Positions 24,321 through 36,800 of a stretch of DNA of 64,000 bases are shown in pieces. The notes beneath the pieces are model-generated. The model saw only the letters and a list, made by a program, of their open reading frames with translations. It had not been told where the DNA came from and made no database searches. The first letter of the stretch is position 1. Each line of letters starts with the position of its first letter. This DNA comes from Podarcis cretensis (Eukaryota): assembly GCA_951804945.1 (NCBI GenBank), contig OX638159.1, positions 22,754,001-22,818,000 of the forward strand. The letters are read 5' to 3'. The translations under genes and the position numbers were made by a program.

Positions 24321-27300
24321 TTAAACAGAAGTTACCAGGTAGGATCCAGAATGACGCTTAGGACTTTGGGCACCACTTGAATCTGTACCTTCAGTCTTTG
24401 AATCTCGTTTTTTTGTGCTGTTATTCACTGGCGTTGGTATCTGCGATGGCCGAGTGGAACTGGAACTATTATCCACGCTGCTTTTTCTGGGGCTTGGATT
24501 GTAGTTGAAAGGAGTCACTCTTGCCGCAACAGCACCACTGGGCGAACTGTGTTTGCTTGAGCTGCTGGAACTGAATGGCGTACGTTCATTAACAGTGTTT
24601 TCACTAGTCTCTGGGGCAAGGGCAGGGTTGCCTAGCAAAGGTTTCGTTTCCGTTCCTTTCTTGTCTGGACTATCTACTTGAATAAATGAATTCAGGCGGT
24701 TTTCTAAACCCACAGTACGAACAGGGACATTCCCATTCCCTGCACTTTGTTTTCCGTTAAGATCTTTGCTATTCACATTCCCTTTCTCCGAAACACTGTC
24801 AATAACAGGGGGCGTGTTCCCTGTGGGAGATTTTCCAGATCTAGGATTATTAATAGGGCAGTCCTCAATCCTCACCCAAACATCTTCTGTCTTTGAGACG
24901 GCAGGTGCCATCTGGTAAATGAGAGTTTTTGAATCAGAACCATTGGTAGCACCTGGTGAGGAATTCTGAGGAGGACTTGTCATTATCTGAGGAATTTCGT
25001 TCTCTTTAATCTTCCGCCAAGTACCTTTTGTGGGCGCTTGACTCTCTTTAGATTGCTTGAGTCCAGAAAAAGAACTTACATGTTGCTTTTCATCCTCACT
25101 CTTTGCCTTCTCACTGGATTCTGAAGAAGCCGAAAGAATTGAGGAAGAACTTCCAGTCCTACGCCAGGTGCTCACACGAGGAAGTGATGAGGAATGTTTA
25201 CTATGTTCGCGCTTCCAAGTCCCCGATCTGTTAATTGGCAGCCTGGAAGGACTCTCTGAGTGAGACCGAGTTATGTCATGCCGTTTTGTTGGTCTCCCAT
25301 CACTGTATTCCAAAGAAGGACTCAGGCTAGGAGGTAACTTTCGCCAACCACCAGCTTGGATGGCTGAATGAGTAGATAAAGACATATCAGGAAGGGATGG
25401 GCTTAAAACTGGAGTCTGTGTTTGGGACTGTGTAGGAGAGTCTGGTCTGGAAGGTGACAAAGATTCAAACGAGGCAGACTCTTCCAATTTCCTTCTTAGA
25501 GTGGGACTTGGAGTTTCTTTAATAAAAGTTGACTGGCGGACCAAAACAGGTCTCTCAGATCTATCAGATTCACTCCCACTAGATTTGGCCGATGACATTC
25601 GAGACACATCAGACTTCTTGTTTGATCCGCTGATACCAGAAATTTGGTTCAATCCTTTTGAGGCAGATTCACTTCTGGGAATACCACTGGTACTTTTGGG
25701 CAACCCAGTTTGTTTTCCCACAGTTTGCTGGCTCATCTGTCTGCCTGGAGAGGTGTATACCATTCTTCCTGAAACAGAAGACTTAGTGGAAGTTGTACTC
25801 GGAGAAGATGTCCGTGGCAGCTGGGAGAGTTTATTAGGGGGACTTATGCCATTTCTGCCGGGTGAAATTGAATTTCGGCCAGGAGACTGCAGAGGTCTGG
25901 TTAAGGGTTGCTGTTGTGGTCTAGAAGGTGTGGAATCTCTAGATCCTGATCTAGAAGGTCCTTTACTTGATCCACCCTGTTGAGATGGCTGCCTGGATAT
26001 AGGACTTGGCTCAGGTTTTACAGATGGTTTGGCTACTCTGGGAGAACTAGTAGAAGTCTGGTTATCATTTGGACTTTTGGAGGTTGCACTCTTTAGTTGA
26101 GGCCCTTTTTTAGAAACTGGACTTGTACTTGAGGAGCTATTTCGAACTCCAGGAATATGAATCATTGTCCTACCTCGGGAGATTGAGGGCATATTGGTTT
26201 GCAAAGGCTGTTTCAAATGACTTGTAAGTTCTGAATTAGAACGAGCTTTACCTGTGATCATGCTTTTATACACTTTCTTTCCTCCTTTGATACCTTTATT
26301 TTCAGATTCTACTTTCTTTGTTTCCAGTGTACTCTTCTCCCCAGGTTTAATAATTCTTGGACCCTTATTACTAGTAAAAGGTTTTTCTTCTTGGTCGGGT
26401 GTAAGATGAAAGGGTGATCCTAAGGAAATTCCAGATTTTAATGAAAGGATTGAATCAGAGTCTGATGAGGCTTGTCTAGACAGTGATGCTGCTGCAGCAG
26501 CTTGATGTAAGCTGCTAACAATAGAATTAGCACCTTCTTGAATAGCCTTCCAGTCAAAATTTTCTGAATCTGGTGAGAAACCATGTTCTGAATCAGGCCT
26601 TTGTATATCCTTCAAATCTAGTGTCAGGTCTTCTGCCAAAATGCCCCCCATATTTCTAGAGCTATTTTTTTCACTGTCTGATTTTGTTCTAGAAGGCTTT
26701 TTCTTTTTAGGCATGGCAGAACTAATACACTCCTGTAGAAGATCATCCTCTGAGTCAATACTAAGGGAACTGAGGGAACTGTTTCTTGAAAAACACACAG
26801 GAGTATCTTCAACATGAAATGATTTAGGAGCGTAGCCAGAAACTTGTGGTCTACTTGGTTCTATCTGTGCATCAGATGGTTCCATGTGTTCTCTGGGTTC
26901 ACTTTCTTTGTTATTGTTGTTTTCTTGATCAATATCACTGAGAGAACTCAGAGAAGAATTGCGAGAGAAGCAAACAGGAGTATTTTCTATTGCAAAATTT
27001 TGTGTTTTCTCATCGGAAGCTGCAGCCCTTTCTGAAATATCTTTGGATGACTGAGAGAATGGAGTTTGCTTCTGCACCAGAGTTTTGGGTTGCTTTCTTC
27101 CTGCTGGAGTGTGTTTTTGGCAAGCTTGCATTCTACTGCTTGATTGCTGGCTTGCAGACTGATGTTCTGCATTGGTACTAGGTTTAATTTCCCTTTCTTT
27201 CCCCTTTCTCAGTTCTGCCTTTTCCCTTGAAAGATCCACTTCGTCGTCAAAGTCTAGAGAACTCAAAGAGTCATTACGTGAAAAACAGAAAGGAGTTCCT

Positions 27301-30300
27301 TCAATTGGAGTGTAGTGATGGGGGGAATCAAATGCAAAGCTTCCTCTTGCACGCTCTTCATTATTTGGAAGTTTTTCATTGAAGTCCCTTGAGCTATTTT
27401 TAAGGTTTTGTTTCTTTGTCTCTTTGTTGTCTGTATAGGTTCTTTCACTACTAAAATTACTTTTTGGCTCTGTGGTTTTTCGTAAGCGTGCTCTATACTC
27501 ATTAGTTTGGGGTATGGGTTTTACTGGTGAAGTTGGTTTCTTTTTCTCAACTTCTAGCTGATTTTTGGCACCTACTGATGAGGATGTAGATGCTTGCTGG
27601 ATTTGATCCATTATCTTTTTCACTCTGAAAGGTTTGTGACTTTTCCCTTTTGGCATAGCGGAATTAATGCATTCTGCAAGAATATCATCACCTTCTTCTG
27701 CTTTGTCATCATCCAATGCAATAGTAGTCCCAGCTGACTTTTTCCCTCTCTGAGCATCATCAGTATTTCTGCCTTCTGTGGGAATGGTATCTCTCTTTTC
27801 AAATTCTGCAGGTTCCATCAATGTACCACCTGTCTCTGCATTAGCCAATTCATTGGGTGGTGATTCTATTGTGAGATCACTCAGCGATGTAGCCGTTGAG
27901 AAATTTATTGGCGTTCCCTCAACACAATACACACGTGGCATATCATCTCCAGGTGTAAAACTAACATGTTTTTGAGAATGCAATCTGCTTTGAGAAGGGA
28001 GAAGTTTATACACAGGCAACTGGCTTGGCTTCCTGGCTACAGGTGGAGGTATTTTTGAAGCAGTTATCTGTGAAGGCTTTTTGGTTTTACGTGAAGATTT
28101 TGTTGGCATAGCAGAAATAATACATTCCTCCAATATTTCAATATCATCTTCATCTGAATCATCCAGGATATCCTTTTCAGTCTCTGTGGGCTTCTCTGTC
28201 TTCTTCTCTTGATTATCCTTTGTGTCATTTGGCTGTTCAAGTTCCGATTCATTCCCATGGTCGTTTTCATGTACAGGAGGCATTATTCTCAACTCTACAT
28301 CTTTCTGTATAAACGGTTCATCAAGACTCAATGCACTTAGGCTTGATGAGCAAGAAAATCCATCTGGTGTACTTTCTGTAGCAAAATGTAACAAAGTATC
28401 TGCATCTTGCAATACCTGTACTCTTTGAACAGCTGTATTTACAGCTGTTTGCCTTGGCCCAGACTCTCTCTTTTCAGTGGTGGGTATTTTTGTTTTGACT
28501 GTTTCTCTCTTTACCTGGGTTGCTTGTGGAGGGGGTGGGGTTTTACTTCTGCTTGGTGGCATTGTTTGCCCAGGACTGTCTGGAAGGTCACTTGGGCTTA
28601 TAATACCACTCACCATCCCACTACAAGGCTCGCTCTGAACAGAGCTAGCAATCGAACGGCTCTCAAAACTATCCAGGGAACTGACAGAAGTACACCTACT
28701 AAACATAAGTGGAGTCTCCTGCACATAATGTTCTGGTGGGCTCTTAGGCGTTTGCGCACCACTTTTTGAAGGAGATTTGGCACCTGAGGAAAATTCTACA
28801 GCTTTGTGTCTTGCCGAATCAGAAGGGGATAGACTAGAAGCCTGAAGTCTATTTGATTTTGTTCTAATGTGTTGTGAGGCTGAAGAGGTTTCATTTACAG
28901 TACCTGCTGCAGACAGACTCCTACTATTTTCTTTCATCCCCGCTATCTTCAAAGAGTTATCTGTATCTCCTGCCCGTGTGGATTGTTCACGTCCTGTTTC
29001 ATCTTCAGCTGATGACAAAGATGACAGAGAGCTACATCTTGAGAAACAGATCGGTGTATCTTCTACACAATAGGTCTGTATTGTTTCCTGGTTGATGGAG
29101 GGTGCTTTGCAGGACGCAGACTTCTGGGTGTGACCGGCTCTACTTTGAGCAGAATTTGGGTGAAGCTGGTTGTGTCTCTTTGAGCCAGCCGAGGTTGATG
29201 TATTCCCACTACTTGATGAAATATGATCCGTTTTAGTACTCTGTACTGAAGGGCTCTTTGAAAAAGAAAAAGATGGCTTCTGTGAGGAAGGAGGAACGTC
29301 TGTTGAATACTTGAGACTGTAATCAATAGGCTGATCTACATGGTGTTCTTCTTCATTGTATTTTATGCTATAATTAGTTGGATGATCTTCTTCCTCATGC
29401 TGTTCCTCCTCAGAGTAGCGTTCACTATAGTTAGTTGGCTTATCATCCTCATAATCATCAACTGGACATATGGACTGGTTCGCTTTTGGATTTATTCCGT
29501 GACTGCAGGTAACTCTGTTCTGTTCTGAACTATTAGATTCCCTTGATCTGAAAGGAGATACACACTCTGTCTGTCCAAAAGCTGACTGATAATTCATGTG
29601 TTTATTATCACTACTCTCAGTGTATACAGGGTATGCTCCACTTTGGCTTCTGGACTGTCTTTGTTCATTCTGCTTTATTTCCTCTTCAATTATGTGCTTA
29701 GGTCTTGCCCATCTTTCATTTTGTGATGGGCTTTGCCTTCCAGAATTTAATTGCTCATCAGAATATTTTAGGCTATAGTTTATTGGAGTATCTAGCTCTC
29801 CATCATTGTCATCCATATGGTTAGCACTGTGTATTTTATGGGCTAAATCAGCAGGGTACTGTCCATAACTGCAAAATTTACTCTCTTCATCTTCAGAGTA
29901 AGATTCAATAGGCTTCATCTGTCCTCTTTTACCATACCCATCACTGCTACTGACACTATTTAAGCTATCATTAGAAGCTCTCTTATACTCCACTTTTGCA
30001 TAAGGCACAGGACATGTCCTGTTCTCAGATTTAGGAAAGTTGTAGGTATTTGTGTGGGAATGGGCAGCAGCTGTTCTTCTTAAAGCATTCCTATCTTCTG
30101 GCAAACAGTGCATTTCAGTTACAGATCCATTGCTTCTCTCTTCTTGTGGAATATGCATATTTACTTCTTCCATCACTTTGGAAATCTGGGCTGCAGCAGT
30201 AGAGATCTGCATTCCCATTCGTTTAGAGGAGCTCCCAGAATTTTCTGTTGCTGAATGATAGCTGCTTAATCCCATTGCACGCTCTCTATCCAAGCTCCTG

Positions 30301-30897
30301 TCCTTGTCAGACCGAGAACTCTCTGTATTTCCTCTGCTTGAGGAAGAAGAGCCAGGCAGTACAGTAGTGTTTAAATATGGTGGAAGTACGGTTACATTGC
30401 CACTATTAAAATTCTCGGACCTGCAAACTCCATCTTCATGTCGATTAGCATCTAGAACATATTCACTGTACAGATTCTGTTTGTGTCTTTGCTTATTACG
30501 ATGAGATGTTTTGGGACTTAAGTTATCAATATTGTCAAAGGTCTCAGATAAATGTTGAGCATCTAACTCTGCTTCCAGTGCTTTTTGCTTTCTAACATGA
30601 AGAGATGGTAAGCTTGAACCCGGAGACATGATGTTAGCATCTTTATATTTCGCAGGCCTGTTTGCCATTAGGTTCCTTAGAGCTGCAGCACTGCCCATGG
30701 CTATCATCTTGTGCTTTGAATGTATGAGATTTTTGAGCATGCTAACAGCTCCCATGTCCCACAGTGCTTCCTGGTCCTTTGAATTCCGTGCAGAGAGGTT
30801 CCACAAGGTTCCACATGCATTACTGACTATTGTCAAACTATGAGACTTCAAGTGATGCAGCAAGGTTTGCAAACAGCTGTTCTCTCTTAGAATTTGC
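24321..30897 (-). CDS. APC: APC coding exon 15 (giant terminal exon: end of ARM, 15-aa and 20-aa beta-catenin repeats, 3 SAMP axin-binding repeats, basic domain, EB1 SxIP, PDZ-binding tail)
   Basis: ttccag|G CAA ATT..; uninterrupted 6577 nt. Motifs LDTPINYSLKYSDEQ, EDTPICFSRCSSLSSLS, ILEECIISAMP, ILAECINSAMP, LLQECISSAMP, SQIPTP, C-terminal VTSV; TAA at 24321-24323. The ORF-track start at 30935 is intronic. Confidence 0.99.
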
Positions 30898-33800
30898 CTG
30901 GAATTAAAAAAAAAGGGGGGGAGGGAGGGAATCACTTTAACAAGATGAAAGACAAAAAAGTGTCTCTGTTTATTTCCTGCTAATAATGTTGTCCAAAATC
31001 CTATAAATAGGCATTAGTATAAATTCAATTTTAGACCAGGATCTAATAACGACTATTTGTGTACAGAAACTGTTTGTAGGATAATACTGACACTGTTGCT
31101 CCCAATTTGTCACCTGGGCTCAAATGGCAAGCTTGGAACAGAAACTTTTATTCTGCTTTGGGTAATGTTTCAGGGGGGAAGGAAGTTTCTGTCAGTGACA
31201 GAGATGGCTTCCTGGGGTTTCCCCCCCCGCCCCACCCCATTTTTTATTTCAGTTTTTAAAAACAGCTTAAAAGTTGCCAGGATGGCAGCAGGAAGTTCCT
31301 CTCCTACCAGTGCTCAATCCAATAGCACTGCTGAGAATTAAAAAAAATTAAAAAAAAAATTAAAGGAAGCTTCTAGAAGCTTCCCATTTTCCATAGTATG
31401 CACTCCCTTCCCTCTCCAAAATATCCCAGAGCCCCTAAATGTTGCTGCCCCCAAACCACTTTCCAAAACCATGTGCCCTGTTGGAACAGGGGACAAGGCC
31501 ACCAAAGAATTCAGCAAACCTCCAAACTGGGGGAGACTCAATACAATATAAAGCTTTTCCAAATGCACACACAGAGCTTGCCTTCTGGGAACAGACCCTT
31601 ACACTTGCATGGGATGTCACTCTGAATGGTCTATTACCAATGGGGATAGCTTTTCTGAGAGTGTTCCACCTGCAGTGAAAGATGTGTGCATTCATATGTG
31701 ACTGCAGAATGCATCCCCTTGGATTCCAGCCAAGGTTTCAGCTAAGAACATCCCTACTTTTAAATAGGCTTATCCCACACTAACAAACTAAAATAAAGTT
31801 GATTTGTGCTGTACAAATCACATTATTCAAAACAGGGACCATTTTTTATCACAAGCAGCGCAGGAATCTCTTACCAAATAAAATGCTTACTTATGTTCCA
31901 GAGAAAATTATTAAGCTGCAGCCATCAGAGCAGTGAGCTTCTAACAATAACACTGTAGCAATAATTTATGTAGCAGCATACAACAACACCAAGTATAACT
32001 TTGCTCATAATCTCTGCCTCCTTCCAGTAAATGTCATCTGCTGCATAAAATGCATGGCTTACTGCTTAGGTAACTAGATGGCACACTTACCTGTGGTCCT
32101 CATTTGTAGCAATCAAGCTGGAGACATTACGCAGTATTCCCCCTCCACTTTCAATGATAGCTAAAGTATTTGTTTGACTCCGGTAAGTCAGTGTGCCAAC
32201 TAAAAAGGCAAGAGCACCATCCACAGCACATATATCAGCTTTATTCTCAGTGCAGTGGGCTGACAGATTCCATAAAGCACTCAGTACGCTTTTTAGGGTA
32301 GATTCCTGCAGAGAGAGCAAGCGCACTGAATTAAGAGGGCTGAAATGCAACCTTAAACCAAACAAATTAATGTTTTGACACTGGTAAAAAAATAATAATC
32401 AAGAGAGGAATCCAACACTATTATAAACATGAGCACAATGTGAGGGGGCACAACTGGGGGGAGGGGGGGGCCCTGTTGCAGTTCCATTAGTGAGACCAAT
32501 TAGTTAGTGTTTATTTTGATAGTGGTAACAACTTCATTGTCTGCTGCATATAAAAGAATGGCACTCCAGTGTTAATTATTAGTGAGTTAGCCTCACTGAA
32601 CTCAGTGGGAATTACTTCTGCCTAAACAGAGGATTGTATCCAATGTTACTAACAAAACCATTCAATTTTAGTGGGTATTTTAGTTTGCTGTTGGAAGGAA
32701 TAATTACACTTTTCTTCTATGAATAAGGAAACCAAAAAAAAATTTCATATACTTAAAATACTGAAAAATGTGGTTTTGCGGTAACCTTTTTAACTTCCAA
32801 AGCACACTCCATCAGTGCTTTCACACTTCCAACTTCACGAAGTGTCTTCTTACTGTTCACATCTGCTCGCCAAGACAAATTTCTCAACACGCTTGCAATC
32901 ACCTGCACAAAATAGAAAAATAAAAAAGCTCAATCTGCTTTATTAACTTTACTGTTTTCTACCCTTTAATATTTGCTGAAACAGTTTAGGGTGCATGATT
33001 TGCATGATAATAAGCTATTTAATTTATTGGGTTTCATTTTAAAATTTAATTCAATTCAGTAGCCCAAAGTTTAATTTCAAATTCTACTCTACATATGATT
33101 TCAAATATTCTGATGAATATTTTGGAATGACTCTTTCCAAGTTCTATGTATCTGTGGTAAAATTACAAATTGGAGGGGTGTTTATAGCTACCCCACCCTG
33201 TGAGCACATCATGGGAAGATTGGTGAAGCTGTGAAGCTCCCTTGTTACTTTTGCTATTAGATGCTGTGATCTTGTTATTTTTTTCTTTCAAGTAATCTTG
33301 TTATTATACCTGGTATTGTTTTGCTATGTTATTATGTAACTGCTTTTGTAGCATTTGTTTGAAATGCATCCCTGTTTCATTGTTGTTAAGCCACTCTGAG
33401 CATTGTTTTTGGTGGAAAAGCTGCATACAAATAAAATACATGTAAATTAAGAACTTTCAGACTATGTGGATCAACTTGTATTACATTAAGGAACACATAA
33501 AATACTTGGGCTTTGCCTAATCCCACTTAACATTAGAAGTTGTACAGTTCTATCAAGATGCCCCAATCAAGTTTCTTTAATGAAAAAAATAAAAAAACTA
33601 TGCAATACACAGTAGGATAAAAGTTCTACAAGTAAGATTTACCTGCTGCAAATCTTCACTTTCAGATTTTAACTGGGCAACAAGGGCTCTCATGCAACCT
33701 TTCATAGAACACAATGTAGCCTGATTAAAGAGAGAGGGAGATAATGAAACAAATTATTACGCAGTATGTTGACAGGTCACAAGTTACTTTCTTTACAAGC

Positions 33801-36800
33801 AGAATTAAAGGACAGAAAACAACATAAAAATTATTATCCAACTTTTCTGCTCTAAGTGCACTCACAGCTACTCATAAAGCTAAAGCTCATAAAGCTAAAA
33901 CAGTAAATATATAAATCCACAGCAAAAGAACAAAATAATAAATAACAGTGATTTAAAACATTCATAAAAGAAGCAGAGTTGGTTGAGCACAAGCTGGACT
34001 AAAACGGTCTTCAATGTACACTTATTTAGGCAAGCTGTTCCATAATCCGGGCATAACAACTGAGAAAACTCTTTCCTCACAACAGTTGAGATGGCAAAGG
34101 CACACAAATAGAGTAGACCCTTTGTAGTGGAATGGAATTCTCTTTCATATGGGAAGTGGAGGGCCCAGCCAGTTTAGGGCTTTAAAATATCAAGGGCAGC
34201 ACTTTGAATTTAGCCTGGAAACAAATAGTGAGCCACTGTAATTGGTACAAAATCAGAGCAATATGCTTTGATCATCTCTGACCCTTCCAAAACCCCAATA
34301 GCCCCATTCTGGATAAATTGAAGTATCTGAACAATCTTCAATGGCAGTCTCACATAAAACAAATTACTGTAGTTCAACCTAGAGTGGACTAGGGCATGAA
34401 TGACCATGGCCAAATCTACCTTCTCCAGGTAAAGACTTAATTGGCTTATCAGAACATAAGATGGATTAAAATTTCCAAATAGTGGCAGGTTCAAGAATTA
34501 CAATAAAGTGCAGATGTAAAAATATAGTCAACTATTTCATGACCTATACAAAATACCCTTAAAAAAGCAGCAAAGGAGAATATTAAAATATTAATTAACA
34601 ATAGTCATAGTGCATAGGATAATAATACAGAGCATAATTGTGTTATTGTGGCTGTGTCAATGTCTGCTGAGGAATATCAAGAAATAAGCAGAACTACATT
34701 TTTCTGTTCCATGCTCAGCTGTATCACGGCCATCTGAAGTTAATGACAGCAGCCCATTATATACAGAACAGCTGAAAAGCTGAAAGTCTTAATATTAAAA
34801 CTATTAAATAGCAAAAGAAAAATTAACTTACCTTATTTGCTACATCTCCAAAAGTTAAGTTTGTCAGAGCCATTCCAGCATATCGTCTTAATGTGACACT
34901 GTAGTGGTCATTAGTAAGCCCATACATTTCACAGTCTACTTGAAGCAATTCTGCAATGGCCTGCAATCCTCCTATAAACATAGTTGAAATTTTTGTTAGA
35001 AAGAATTATTTTTCTAAACAATTTATTCTAAATAATTTATTCTAAGTACAGTGGTACCTCAGTTTAAGAACAGCCCTGTTTACAAACTATTCGGTTTATG
35101 AACTCTGCAAAACCAGAAGTAGTGTCCCGGTTTGCGAACTCTACCTCGGTCTAAGAACAGAAGCTGAATGGTGGAAGGACACCGGCGGCGGGAGGCCTCA
35201 TTAGGGAAAGCGTGCCTTACTTTAAGAACAGTTTCATTTTAAGAGCGGACTTCCGGAATGGATTAAGTTTGTAAACTGAGGTACCACTGTAATTTTATAC
35301 TAAATATTCTGAATAATTTATTCTAAATAATTATTGGCATTTATTTTCCAAGGCCAAAGACAAAGCAAGGGGATGGTTACAAGGGACCCATACTATAGCA
35401 ACTAAGAATTGTTTTTAAAGAACTGGGAGCATTTCATGGAAGTATTAAGAATCCAAAGAAAGCAAATCAATTTGCTCCAAATCAGAAAAAACCTGCTATC
35501 TGTAGACATTGCATTTTTTGGATAACAAACACTCTTTAAGCATTCAAAGATGAATTTCCCCCCTATGTCTTATATGCAAATGTCGCAAGTGAACACAACT
35601 CGAAGAAAAGCAACATGTATGCTGCTAACAACCACTCTTGTCAGCACCACTGTTGTTTCTTCCTGCATACAGTGGTGCCTCGCAAGACGGAAAACCCACT
35701 AGACGAAAGGGTTTTCCGTTTTGGAGGCGCTTCGCTAAACGAATTTCTCTATAGGGTTGCTTCGCAAGACGAAAAAATCTTGCGAGTTCCTGCGGGGTTT
35801 TTTCGCTCCCCCCCCCTTTCCTAAGCTGCTAAGCCGCTTATCAGCTGTTCCGCTGATAAGCCGCTTAACAGCTGATCGCTAAAAGCCGCTAGACCGCTAA
35901 TAGCGCTAATCCGCTAAGCTGTCAATGGGCTTGCTTCGCAAGACGAAAAAACCGCTAGACGAAGAGAATCGCGGAACGGATTCTTTTCGTCTTGCGAGAC
36001 ACCACTGTATATGCTATGTAGCTATGGAACAAATGGGTTGGGGATAAAGATACCTAGCTCAATAAATTATCTAAATAGAAGGAGCTACAGCATTCTCCAG
36101 AGCCTAGATAACAATTTTAAATCAATAAGCATTCATGTACTGAAAGGGTGAAGAAAATCTAACATTTTATCTTCCTGATTGTGGAAACCATCAGGTTGTT
36201 AAAGCTCTAACTAATCCGTAATGTGATGTGTTAGAGGTAATGTGATCTTGAGCATATACTCTCGATACTTTTTGCTCCACTCTTACCAAGTTCATTCATC
36301 GCATGACGGTGCTCTTCATCAAATGAAAGCTTCATAAGAACACACACTGCAGGACAGATCTGATGGTCAACTGGAGCCGGCACTTGTCAGAACAAGGAAA
36401 ATAATTACTATTTACTTCATCAATTAGTTATTTAACAAAGCAAAGCTTACAGAGGTTTAGAGAGGCTGTTTATTAGACACCTGAAAGGCAACCTAATTAT
36501 GGGGGGGGGGACCCTACACAATTATGAAATAAACAGTTTCTACATTCTGCAAAACTGTGTAGTCGTTCTGGACTTCAAAGCAACAACAAAGCATACGAGG
36601 TGATTGACAGATTGACTTCAAAGCAACAATAAAGCATACAAGGTGATTGACAAATGGGTGTCCTCATCCACCTACTACATTTGGCTCATGAGGGGAAACC
36701 TGACCAGGATCTGGCCTGCAGAGCCAAAAAGGTTTCCCCTCCTTATATACATGGAACGCCACACAAGAACTCGGGCCTCTTTTTTTTAATTATTTGTTTA

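Noticed and set aside
25057-30843. Many 60-160 aa ORFs on the plus strand and in alternative frames within APC exon 15
   Set aside because: Shadow ORFs of the Ser/Pro-rich APC coding sequence; no recognisable protein, promoter or splice context
30898-30935. N-terminus MIPSLPPFFFNSR of the 2204-aa ORF
   Set aside because: It is the intron-14 polypyrimidine tract read in frame; the true exon begins at 30897
32071-32084. Partial CTCF-like motif TAACTAGATGGCAC beside the exon 14 donor
   Set aside because: Lacks the 5' CC of the core; weak match
34972-36286. Mammalian APC alternative exon 10A (54 nt)
   Set aside because: No recognisable homologous exon by eye; the intron is largely MITE-derived. 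A tBLASTn/BLASTN search with the human exon would settle it.
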